Origin: an uncultured archaeon
GTDB taxonomy: Archaea; Asgardarchaeota; Lokiarchaeia; Sigyniarchaeales; Promethearchaeaceae
NCBI GenBank assembly: GCA_964426185.1
Contig: CAYRPF010000005.1
Span: forward strand, 9,641 to 23,429
Reading direction: 5' to 3'
Length of the DNA stretch: 13,789 nucleotides
The notes under the pieces were generated by a model that saw nothing but the letters and a program-made list of their open reading frames with translations, had not been told where the DNA came from and did no database searches. Shown one piece after another: positions 6,410-13,789 of this stretch (position 1 is its first letter; the number at the start of each line of letters is the position of its first letter). The position numbers were made by a program, and so were the translations under genes.

Positions 6410-9400
6410 TTAACCTTCAATTTTTTTCTTTTTTAAATTCCGTGCGATTTGATCTGGATTTTTTTCTTTTTCTTCCAAAAAAACCGCTTTTTCATGCTCA
6501 GCATCCACAACACGTTCTTTCCGGAGTTCCACATTCGCTTCTGCTTGTCGCATGGCTTGTTTTAGAATATAATGTGCTTCTTTTAGTTTGTTTTGATTCT
6601 GATAAATTGTGAAATCCAATTCTGCTTCTTTTTCAGTGAGAAGATACTTAATTTCTTGTTTTTCTCGTTTTTCTTGCTTCTTTGAATAATTATCCTTTGC
6701 TTCATTAAGCAGTTTAATTGCATTTTCCAGTTCTAATTTGGTATCCTCCAAGTTCTTTTCTGCTTCAAGGCGAATTTCTCTCTCTTTTTCTAAATTGGCT
6801 TTGTTGTTTTCCCATTCATTTAACTCTTCTTGTTTTACTTTCAATTCAGCTTGAGCTAATTTTAGATCATTTTTTGCTTGAGCAAGCGCATCTTGGGCTT
6901 GATCCAATACTTCTTGAGTTTTATCAAATTCCTTTTTTGGCTCTAATCTTGCATTTTCAGCATCAATCAGTTCTTCTTCTCTTTGTTTAAGATTTGCTTG
7001 GATTTCTTCAAGATCCATTTGTTGTTCGGCGAGCTTTTCCATCTTTTTTTTCGATTGTGTGCTTTCATTGCGTAGTTCTTTGACTTCTTTGATTTCACTC
7101 TTCTTATCTTTGATTTTTTCTCCAATGTCATCCAGTTCTTGTTTTAAGGAATCTATTTTTTCAATATCTTTGGAACCGCTCTTTTTCTCTTGTTTTAACT
7201 GTGTTTTTAACTCCTTTTCATGATTAAGCAAATTATTTAATTCTTCTTCTAATTTTTCAAGTACAGGTGCATTTTCTACTTGTTGGGCGACGGCATTATA
7301 ATTATCTTGAGCGATTGAATATTCTGCTTTGAGTGATTCTCCCTTTTCCAACTGTTCAGTAATTTTTGCGACTTCTTTTTGTTTTTGTTTAATTAGTTCG
7401 TCTGCATCATTCAATTTCTTTTTCGCAGATTCAAAATCTTCTTGTGCTTTTTCTAGATTTTGCTGCTTTTGTGCTTTGATTTTTTTCTTTTGGGAAATAT
7501 CACTTTCAATTGTCTTAATTTCTTCATGTATCTTCGCGATTTTATCGGATGCATCTACAATATCTTCATCTATTTCTGGGATTTTTCGAGATTTGTCAAT
7601 TATTTCTTGTGCTTGTTCCAACTTCTCTTGAGTCATTTCATGAACTTGTTGTGCCTTAGTGAGTTTTTCTTCTGCTTCTTTTTCTTCTTTTTGGGCTTTA
7701 GTAAAATTTTGATATTTTTTGTATTCTTTTTCAGCAGATTTCAATGCAATTTTTGCGGCTTCAACTACTGGTTCGGCTAAATCTGAACGCCACTTCAAAT
7801 ATTCTAAATTCTTCTCAATTGCTGGTATCGTTTCGTTGATTTTCTTGATTTCTTCGGAAATTGATTCTAATTTTGCTTTAATTTCATTTTGTTGAGCAAT
7901 TTTCTCTTTGAGTTTGTTTATTTCCTCATTTTGTTTGTTCAAGTTTTCTTCTGTTTTGGTTAATGCTTTCTTTTCTTTTTCCACTTCTTTCTGTAAATTA
8001 CTATACACATTCAGATTTTTCTCAAATTCTTTCATTAATACATCTTTCGCATCTTCATCAACTTCGCCGCTTGGTGTTTTTGGTTCCTTTGGTTCTTTGG
8101 GTGGTTTAGTCCTTTTTAGTTCTTTGAACTTCTCCTCATATTTTAGCTTCTGTTGTTGCAAATTTTGGGTTAGTTGATCCTGTTTCTTTTGTGCTTGTGT
8201 GAGTTGTTCTGTGAGATCTTCAGGCATCGATTGGAGTTTTTGCTTTATTTCATTTTGCTCTGAATCCAATGACTTAGATTTTTCTTTTAACTGCTTTAAT
8301 TGTTCAACAGCTTCTTTATACTCACGGATCTCCAATTGTGCATCTTCTGCTAATCTTTGCATCTGAGCAAGTTTTTCTTCACTTGTCAATTCGTGCTCTT
8401 CTTCTTCTAAAACTTGCACTAAGCTTTCTTCTTCTGTTCCTTCTCCTAAAATGATCTTTTTCTCCAACATAAACTGATTTAAAGTGTTAGTAATTAATTG
8501 CTCATTTTCTATGGTTTGAAGCATCTGATCTTTAATTTTTCGACTCAATTCTGTGAGCATTTCTTTTACTTCTATCAATGTGAAAGTTCTTTTTCTGATA
8601 AATCCCCTTCGTTCCAGAATCCATCTACTGTACCAGTAATAAAATCCAATGTAAACGCATACCACTATTAGTGATGTTGCTATGCTAAGAGCTGATTTGC
8701 TTAATCCTTCTCCTGTGATAAGTGACCATTGACCGCCCCAATAACTGGCAACCAATAAGAACATTAAAAATACTAAGTTGTATTTAGTGATTTTTGGACT
8801 TTTAACAGTAGTTTTTATTCTCTTACCAAATCCACGCAGTAAATTGAAAATGGTAATTATCATTAAAATAACACTTGTTATCCAGTCAACAATTTGTCCA
8901 CTTTGAGACGGTGCTTCTCCCTTAATCATTCCAATTCCTGTGTTTAAAATGGCAAAAAATTTCAGATAAAGAAAGATACTGAAAATTAAGAAGAAAGTGC
9001 TGGAAAAAACATTTGGTGTCTCATTCTTTTTACTCATTTTATAAAGTGAAATCTGTTTACTTATCAAGAAGATCCAAATAATCAAAACTAACAATGACCA
9101 AATTAATACAAACAGTAATCCATCATTTGCAAACCATACTTCTGGAAAATATCGAGTAAGAAACAAAACAAAATCAGAATTTCCTGCTATATTTGTGGCT
9201 TGATTTTTCCATTCTCCATAAAAGAATGTAGCAGGAGTAAACTTTTCATATAACCCTGAAGAAGGAGAATCAGTAAAAATCAGATAAAATTCTTGAGTAT
9301 CCATGAAGATATACAATAATATAAAGATAATATGAATTAATAGTGGTATAAAGACAAAAAGATAATTTCTTACTGCAATTTTGCGGAGTTTTTTGGATTT

Positions 9401-10231
9401 ATCCACATTTTCATTTTGTACTTGAAATTTCGCTTCAGCTTCGATTGATTGTTTTTCGATGGATGTTTTAACAAAAAAGATTTGTCCAGCATTCCACAGA
9501 AAATAAACTAAGGCTAAAATTAACCCAAATAATCCTTGAAAAGTAAGAAAATTCAGGTCCGCTTCAACTCTGGGATCAATCACGTTCCACCATGCAATAC
9601 ATAAGCCATATCCTAACAGAAAAACGAATAGGTTAACAATGATTTTAATCCACCAGCCTCCTCTTACAAATAGTAGTTTGTGGAGTTTTTCATTTCGACT
9701 AGCCCAAAATAGGAAGATATTTCCTAATATTAACCCTACAGTCAAAGAAATGATTATAAACTGATTAAAATTGCTGATATTTTGCTTTCCCAAAAAATTA
9801 CTTGTAGTGTTTGGAAAAATGAATGTGCTGATACCTATTAAAGTGGCAAAAATTATGAAAAGAATTGTATAGGGAAGAACCCGTTTATCAAGAACTTTCA
9901 TAAATTGTCCTTCTATGATTTCAGAGGTTTTTGCATTCAATTCTTCCTTTTTTTTGCGGATTTTTGCTTTGAACTCTTCACGTTTGGTTTTTTTAATGTG
10001 TTTTTTCATGTCAGATGATGCTAATTTTTTGTGTAATTCATCTTCCCATTCATTTTCTTCCGAGATCGATTTTCCTTTTTCGACCTTATTTTCATTTTCG
10101 GTTAATTCATTCTTTTGAACCGGAACATCTTTTTTTTTTTGTTTTTTTCCTTTATCCTGCGGATTTTGAGTGTCGTTTTCTAATTCTTCTAATTCCTCTA
10201 TCTTTTCATTTTCTGCTTTTTTTTTATTCAT
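6410..10231 (-). CDS. Large hypothetical protein: charged N-terminus, ~10 TM helices, ~650-aa C-terminal coiled coil
   Basis: 1273-aa ORF: aa ~1-115 K/E-rich, aa ~118-540 ten hydrophobic helices, aa ~615-1260 heptad-rich K/E/Q/L/A sequence. No Walker A motif. GGGAGTGA RBS lies just upstream of the ATG. Confidence 0.88.
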   Translation of the reverse strand: MNKKKAENEKIEELEELENDTQNPQDKGKKQKKKDVPVQKNELTENENKVEKGKSISEENEWEDELHKKLASSDMKKHIKKTKREEFKAKIRKKKEELNAKTSEIIEGQFMKVLDKRVLPYTILFIIFATLIGISTFIFPNTTSNFLGKQNISNFNQFIIISLTVGLILGNIFLFWASRNEKLHKLLFVRGGWWIKIIVNLFVFLLGYGLCIAWWNVIDPRVEADLNFLTFQGLFGLILALVYFLWNAGQIFFVKTSIEKQSIEAEAKFQVQNENVDKSKKLRKIAVRNYLFVFIPLLIHIIFILLYIFMDTQEFYLIFTDSPSSGLYEKFTPATFFYGEWKNQATNIAGNSDFVLFLTRYFPEVWFANDGLLFVLIWSLLVLIIWIFLISKQISLYKMSKKNETPNVFSSTFFLIFSIFLYLKFFAILNTGIGMIKGEAPSQSGQIVDWITSVILMIITIFNLLRGFGKRIKTTVKSPKITKYNLVFLMFLLVASYWGGQWSLITGEGLSKSALSIATSLIVVCVYIGFYYWYSRWILERRGFIRKRTFTLIEVKEMLTELSRKIKDQMLQTIENEQLITNTLNQFMLEKKIILGEGTEEESLVQVLEEEEHELTSEEKLAQMQRLAEDAQLEIREYKEAVEQLKQLKEKSKSLDSEQNEIKQKLQSMPEDLTEQLTQAQKKQDQLTQNLQQQKLKYEEKFKELKRTKPPKEPKEPKTPSGEVDEDAKDVLMKEFEKNLNVYSNLQKEVEKEKKALTKTEENLNKQNEEINKLKEKIAQQNEIKAKLESISEEIKKINETIPAIEKNLEYLKWRSDLAEPVVEAAKIALKSAEKEYKKYQNFTKAQKEEKEAEEKLTKAQQVHEMTQEKLEQAQEIIDKSRKIPEIDEDIVDASDKIAKIHEEIKTIESDISQKKKIKAQKQQNLEKAQEDFESAKKKLNDADELIKQKQKEVAKITEQLEKGESLKAEYSIAQDNYNAVAQQVENAPVLEKLEEELNNLLNHEKELKTQLKQEKKSGSKDIEKIDSLKQELDDIGEKIKDKKSEIKEVKELRNESTQSKKKMEKLAEQQMDLEEIQANLKQREEELIDAENARLEPKKEFDKTQEVLDQAQDALAQAKNDLKLAQAELKVKQEELNEWENNKANLEKEREIRLEAEKNLEDTKLELENAIKLLNEAKDNYSKKQEKREKQEIKYLLTEKEAELDFTIYQNQNKLKEAHYILKQAMRQAEANVELRKERVVDAEHEKAVFLEEKEKNPDQIARNLKKKKIEG
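8072..8107 (-). repeat. 9-bp degenerate tandem repeat encoding KPPKEPKEPKTP hinge
   Basis: tttggttcc/tttggttct units on +, encoding a Pro-rich break within the coiled coil. Confidence 0.6.
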
Positions 10232-10235
10232 AAAT

Positions 10236-10302
10236 TCACTCCCAGTTTTGTGAAATAGACTAGTAATTATGTATATGGTGATCGTTCATTATTTATATTT
10301 TT
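10236..10302 (-). promoter_or_regulatory. Putative archaeal promoter (A-rich BRE + TATAAATA) and RBS of the 1273-aa gene
   Basis: The minus strand reads AAAAATATAAATA (10302-10290) about 60 nt upstream of the ATG, and GGGAGTGA at 10243-10236. Confidence 0.4.
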
Positions 10303-10333
10303 ATTGCTATTGCTAAATCTTCAATAAAATAGG

Positions 10334-10354
10334 AAAAAAACCGAAATATCGGTT
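10334..10354 (-). terminator. Hairpin plus U-tract terminator after the acyl-CoA dehydrogenase gene
   Basis: The minus strand reads AACCGA-TATT-TCGGTT followed by TTTTT, about 27 nt after the stop. Confidence 0.55.
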
Positions 10355-10381
10355 ATTAACTCATATTAAGCCAAAAGAGTG

Positions 10382-11950
10382 TTATTTTTGCTCTTTCTTG
10401 GCTTTATAAATTTCTTTACCCGCCGCGTTTAGAATTTTAGGTAAGGCTGAACTGTATGCTTTCAAATCAATTTTATGGTTAGTTTCGATAGCTGTTTTTA
10501 GGCGTGTTAAGGCTTCAGTTAATTGATTTTTAGTTCCTTCACTCAAGAGTGCTGATTCGTCTGTCAATAATTTTTCAGCCCGCTTAATATACAATTCAAT
10601 TACTTTAGTATTTATTTTTTCTTCAGATTTCCTTGCTTTTTTTACAAAACGATCGATGCTCATCATGGTTGTAGCCTTTATTCCAGCTTCTATAATCATT
10701 AACTGGATATTGCGATGACCTCCAATGACTTCCATTAGTCTTGAAAGATTTTCTCCTCTGTTAATCATATTTGATGATCCTGGTTCATTAATTGCCCCTC
10801 GACCACCCATTGTTTGAACTACTTCATACGCTGCATGATGTGAGTATTTTGCCGTAAGGTATTTAGATTGAGCCGCTAAAATAGCAACAGTTCCTTCATC
10901 CATAGGATTGGGTTTTTCACCATGATGAATCTTTGTACCCACTTTTTTATCATAAAAATCGGCTACTTGGAAAGCAAATGAAGTATAGGCTGCAATATTG
11001 GAATATAAATCGGATATGACATGACTAATTCCTTGATATTTTAAGATCGGTTTGCCGAATTGGTATCGAATTTGAGAAAATATAGCTCCGGTTGCAAGCG
11101 TATGCCATAATCCCGCTAAAGATCCACCTGTAATTGCAATTCTTTCTGGAGTCAATCCTCTAAATAATCTACGATATCCTTCACCAGGGCCAGCAAGCAT
11201 ACGATCAGCTGGAACAGTCACATTATCATAAATGACTTTTCCAATTCCCACACCTGGAGCGGCAGGAATGTGAAGTCGTTCGGCTTTCAAACCTTCATCT
11301 CCCCGTTTAAACAATCCGAGCATCATAGTTCTGCGGGGATTGGAAATATCAGTAACTCCATAAGTGGAGAAATAATCTGCAACCGCTCCATTAGTGGTAT
11401 AGATTTTAGTTCCATCATAGGTAAAACTTCCATCATCATGAATTGTAGCTTGCATTTTCATATTGACTGCATCAGAACCGTTATTTATTTCGGTTATTCC
11501 AATACCTCCGATAGCGGTTCCATCCCAAATTTCTTTTAATGCTTTTTCTTGAACTTCTGATCGTTTGGGGTTATGGAAAAGGGAATTTCCTACCAAAATG
11601 GATGAAGCTGTCATTGCCATATCGACTTCAGGGGCCATTCCATTAACGGCAAGGTTCAAAAGCATTTGATGCTTGGCAGATCCCTCAAACCCATCATAAG
11701 GATTCATTCGTTGTAACATTCGTTTTTCGCCTAATTTAGGGGCGATTGGATAAACATCATCTAAATTTACTTCTTTTTGCAATTTAACGCAAACATCTTC
11801 AAATTCAAGTAAGAGATTTTGTTCATCCTTACTTAACAATGGAAAAATATTCGCATTAATAAACGAATATCGATTCCTAAGGCTGAGTGCTTTCTCAAAA
11901 TTTTTTTCCAATAAATTAGTATATACTGCATCAGATAGTTTAATCGGCAT
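10382..11950 (-). CDS. Acyl-CoA dehydrogenase family protein with C-terminal helical extension
   Basis: ACAD motifs GITEINNGSDA, GTKIYTTNG, DNVTVP, GEGY, LTPERI, RYQFGKPI..YQGI, VQTMGGRG and IGGHRNIQ. ATG 11950 is preceded by GAAGTGATGTGA; GTG 11959 is an alternative start. Confidence 0.92.
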   Translation of the reverse strand: MPIKLSDAVYTNLLEKNFEKALSLRNRYSFINANIFPLLSKDEQNLLLEFEDVCVKLQKEVNLDDVYPIAPKLGEKRMLQRMNPYDGFEGSAKHQMLLNLAVNGMAPEVDMAMTASSILVGNSLFHNPKRSEVQEKALKEIWDGTAIGGIGITEINNGSDAVNMKMQATIHDDGSFTYDGTKIYTTNGAVADYFSTYGVTDISNPRRTMMLGLFKRGDEGLKAERLHIPAAPGVGIGKVIYDNVTVPADRMLAGPGEGYRRLFRGLTPERIAITGGSLAGLWHTLATGAIFSQIRYQFGKPILKYQGISHVISDLYSNIAAYTSFAFQVADFYDKKVGTKIHHGEKPNPMDEGTVAILAAQSKYLTAKYSHHAAYEVVQTMGGRGAINEPGSSNMINRGENLSRLMEVIGGHRNIQLMIIEAGIKATTMMSIDRFVKKARKSEEKINTKVIELYIKRAEKLLTDESALLSEGTKNQLTEALTRLKTAIETNHKIDLKAYSSALPKILNAAGKEIYKAKKEQK

Positions 11951-12069
11951 AATAATCACATCACTTCGAGTCGTTATTTTTTAACCTACAAATATCATAA
12001 AAATATTTGGTAATCCAATGTCTTTTTCATCATTAAATAAATATATTTTCATTTTTTTATTGAAAAAGA

Positions 12070-13755
12070 TCATTTTCCTAGAAGATAATTTGATGAAAAT
12101 TTATCCTTATTCGCGAGATACATAAAGGTCAATTTTACAAGTAACTCTTCTGCTTTAGCATTTGGAAACGGATCATTCCTGTTTATCCCCATTTGCGAAC
12201 ATAGTTGAAGAAAAAGAAATAAATGAGGTGAATAAACCATCTTTCCTTCTTGTAAAAGGGAAAGAAAATATGGTAAATTCTGTCTAGCGTGCCAAAAGGT
12301 GAACATTCCCGTGCTGTGTTCAGCCTTCGGGCGTATTTGATATTTTTGTTCCAGTAAGAAGTTCATTTTAGCGATAATCCTTGCAATTTGATGATATATC
12401 TTAAGGGGATCATTAGCTAATTTTGATACGTTAACCGGAATTCTGATGTGTAGCAGACTTCCTTGACCTCGCCGAAAATTCAAATGTCCATAAGCAACAA
12501 TCAAAGGAGGGAATCGGAATTGTTTAAATTGATAGTTAATTTCATCAAAAACCGCCTTTAACTTTTCAGGAGCCATTAATAGATCCTCAAAACCGGGAAA
12601 TCGAAGGAATTCTTGCTCTGGATCAGTTGATTTAGTCTGAATGGCAAGACCAGTTCGTTCTTCCAAATATAGTTGGTACTCCGACGAACTTAGGGATTGA
12701 ATTCCGCACTTACCGTAATTTTTCACAGTGTTTAAGAATTCATCGGTTACAACATGCGTATCTTTAATTAATATTATCCATCTTACTGTTTCACTAGGGG
12801 AGAGATTCTGGAATAACCCTGGAATGCTTGTAGTGGCTGAGACGAATTCGCAGTTTAACGGAAAAATCTGTTTATTTTGAATTTGCTGCAATGCGTCAAA
12901 GATGAAGGAAAAATCCGATCCAAAAAGGGCATAATATTTCATTTCTTTTGGATTTGGAATAGGTGCAAGCTGTATTTGGGCGTTAAGTACAACTCCATAT
13001 AAGCCCATTCCCCCTATAATTTGATCGAATAAATTAAATTGAGATTGAGACTGAGACTGCTTTGCTGGTTCATGATTTCCAATTTCTGTATTTCTTTTTA
13101 ACTCTCGAATTTCACCTGTGGGAAGTATTACAAGCATTCTTTCCACCCAGTTTTCAATTGGTCCCAGTTTTCCTGAAGTAATTCCGCTGGCATTGGTGCT
13201 GATTAAGCCTCCCAAGCGCACAGGAAGTTTAAAAGCGCTGCTGGGTTGGCACGGAAAAATATACTTATTATTCATACGTATTTGAACAACACGGATTAAT
13301 TCCGAAATTAAAACAGATTGATCTGCTAAAATCATGGCGTTCTTTTCATCGAAAGTATAAGGTTTTGCAAGAGTTGATAAATATTCTAAATCAACCAGCA
13401 TAAAAGGATTAGCAAATCCACCACTCAATCCTGTTTTGCCAGAAGCGAAAGTGAGAGGGATCTGTAGTTCATGAGCATTCTTAACTATTATTTGCAATTG
13501 AGTGGTCGTACGGGGCTGAGCGATGATTTTAGGATTAAGATGTAGAAAGGAGCAATCTCTCATGGTAAAACTAAACAAAATATTATCCACTATCAGCTCC
13601 CAACCGCGATCTTTTGAACTTATGGGCATTATATTAGTATTAGTTGGGGAGTGTTGCTTGCGAAAACCCTTCTCAACCAATTTTTGAATGAAAAGTTCCA
13701 TCCGAGGAATAATCTTGGCAAAATTAAGGTTTCTTGATAAAAGATTTCCATCCAT
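12070..13755 (-). CDS. FAD-binding oxidoreductase, VAO/PCMH family (GlcD / D-lactate / D-2-hydroxyglutarate dehydrogenase-like)
   Basis: FAD_binding_4 motifs IPLTFASGKTGLSGG, LGGLISTNASG..SGKLG and IGGMGLYGVV; C-terminal YGHL..LLH..KAEHSTG. The start is uncertain (ATG 13755 or TTG 13764). Confidence 0.85.
   Translation of the reverse strand: MDGNLLSRNLNFAKIIPRMELFIQKLVEKGFRKQHSPTNTNIMPISSKDRGWELIVDNILFSFTMRDCSFLHLNPKIIAQPRTTTQLQIIVKNAHELQIPLTFASGKTGLSGGFANPFMLVDLEYLSTLAKPYTFDEKNAMILADQSVLISELIRVVQIRMNNKYIFPCQPSSAFKLPVRLGGLISTNASGITSGKLGPIENWVERMLVILPTGEIRELKRNTEIGNHEPAKQSQSQSQFNLFDQIIGGMGLYGVVLNAQIQLAPIPNPKEMKYYALFGSDFSFIFDALQQIQNKQIFPLNCEFVSATTSIPGLFQNLSPSETVRWIILIKDTHVVTDEFLNTVKNYGKCGIQSLSSSEYQLYLEERTGLAIQTKSTDPEQEFLRFPGFEDLLMAPEKLKAVFDEINYQFKQFRFPPLIVAYGHLNFRRGQGSLLHIRIPVNVSKLANDPLKIYHQIARIIAKMNFLLEQKYQIRPKAEHSTGMFTFWHARQNLPYFLSLLQEGKMVYSPHLFLFLQLCSQMGINRNDPFPNAKAEELLVKLTFMYLANKDKFSSNYLLGK
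13040..13059 (-). repeat. 6-bp microsatellite (TGAGAY)x3 encoding QSQSQSQ
   Basis: tgagat tgagac tgagac tg on +, inside a loop of the FAD domain. Confidence 0.6.
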
Positions 13756-13789
13756 TGCAATCAAAATTAATAAAGATAATTAAAAATAT

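Noticed and set aside
6410-8400. SMC/Rad50 or chemoreceptor annotation for the coiled-coil protein
   Set aside because: No Walker A/B, signature motif, SMC hinge, CxxC hook or MCP hairpin motif. Any similarity would be compositional.
73-11539. Short ORFs in the track (e.g. 73..297, 308..499, 509..844, 1148..1369, 1283..1582, 1855..2091, 2742..2972, 3398..3610, 3769..3987, 5144..5332, 6718..6990, 7329..7631, 7460..7780, 7908..8177, 9915..10118, 10015..10233, 11270..11539)
   Set aside because: They are antisense or off-frame shadows of well-supported genes. Their Phe/Ser/Leu-rich composition mirrors Lys/Glu codons, and they show no motifs.
67-12072. Selenocysteine or other readthrough at TGA stops (67, 4267, 6382, 12070)
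   Set aside because: The proteins appear complete, the downstream frames close quickly or run antisense into the neighbouring gene, and I recognised no SECIS-like element.
12070-13755. Alkyl-DHAP synthase (ether lipid synthesis)
   Set aside because: It lacks the HHH motif of that subfamily and has EH as in 2-hydroxyacid dehydrogenases.
1-13789. CRISPR array, tRNA/rRNA, IS element or prophage
   Set aside because: No regularly spaced direct repeats, cloverleaf or GC-rich structural RNA, transposase/integrase motifs or terminal inverted repeats were seen.

Overview
AT-rich (about one-third GC by eye), gene-dense prokaryotic window with eight credible CDSs. I see no rRNA, tRNA, CRISPR array or mobile element. 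Oligo-T terminators, TATA-like boxes, GGAGTGA/GAAGTGA-type ribosome-binding sites and Lys/Glu-rich orphan membrane proteins suggest an archaeon, plausibly Asgard/Lokiarchaeia (inference only). In order: ECF S-component-like membrane protein (-), membrane-anchored EEP phosphoesterase (+), stand-alone dihydrolipoyl dehydrogenase lpdA (-), orphan ~7-TM protein (-), HEAT-repeat protein (+), 1273-aa protein with ~10 TM helices and a ~650-aa coiled coil (-), acyl-CoA dehydrogenase (-) and a GlcD/D-2-hydroxyacid dehydrogenase-like FAD oxidoreductase (-). Two observations stand out. (1) The acyl-CoA dehydrogenase ends in a ~90-aa domain that reads like a DnaK/Hsp70 helical lid. (2) A compact trio of 7-TM protein, HEAT solenoid and polytopic coiled-coil protein could form an uncharacterised membrane receptor/scaffold/tether module. 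Both are hypotheses from reading the sequence, not search results.
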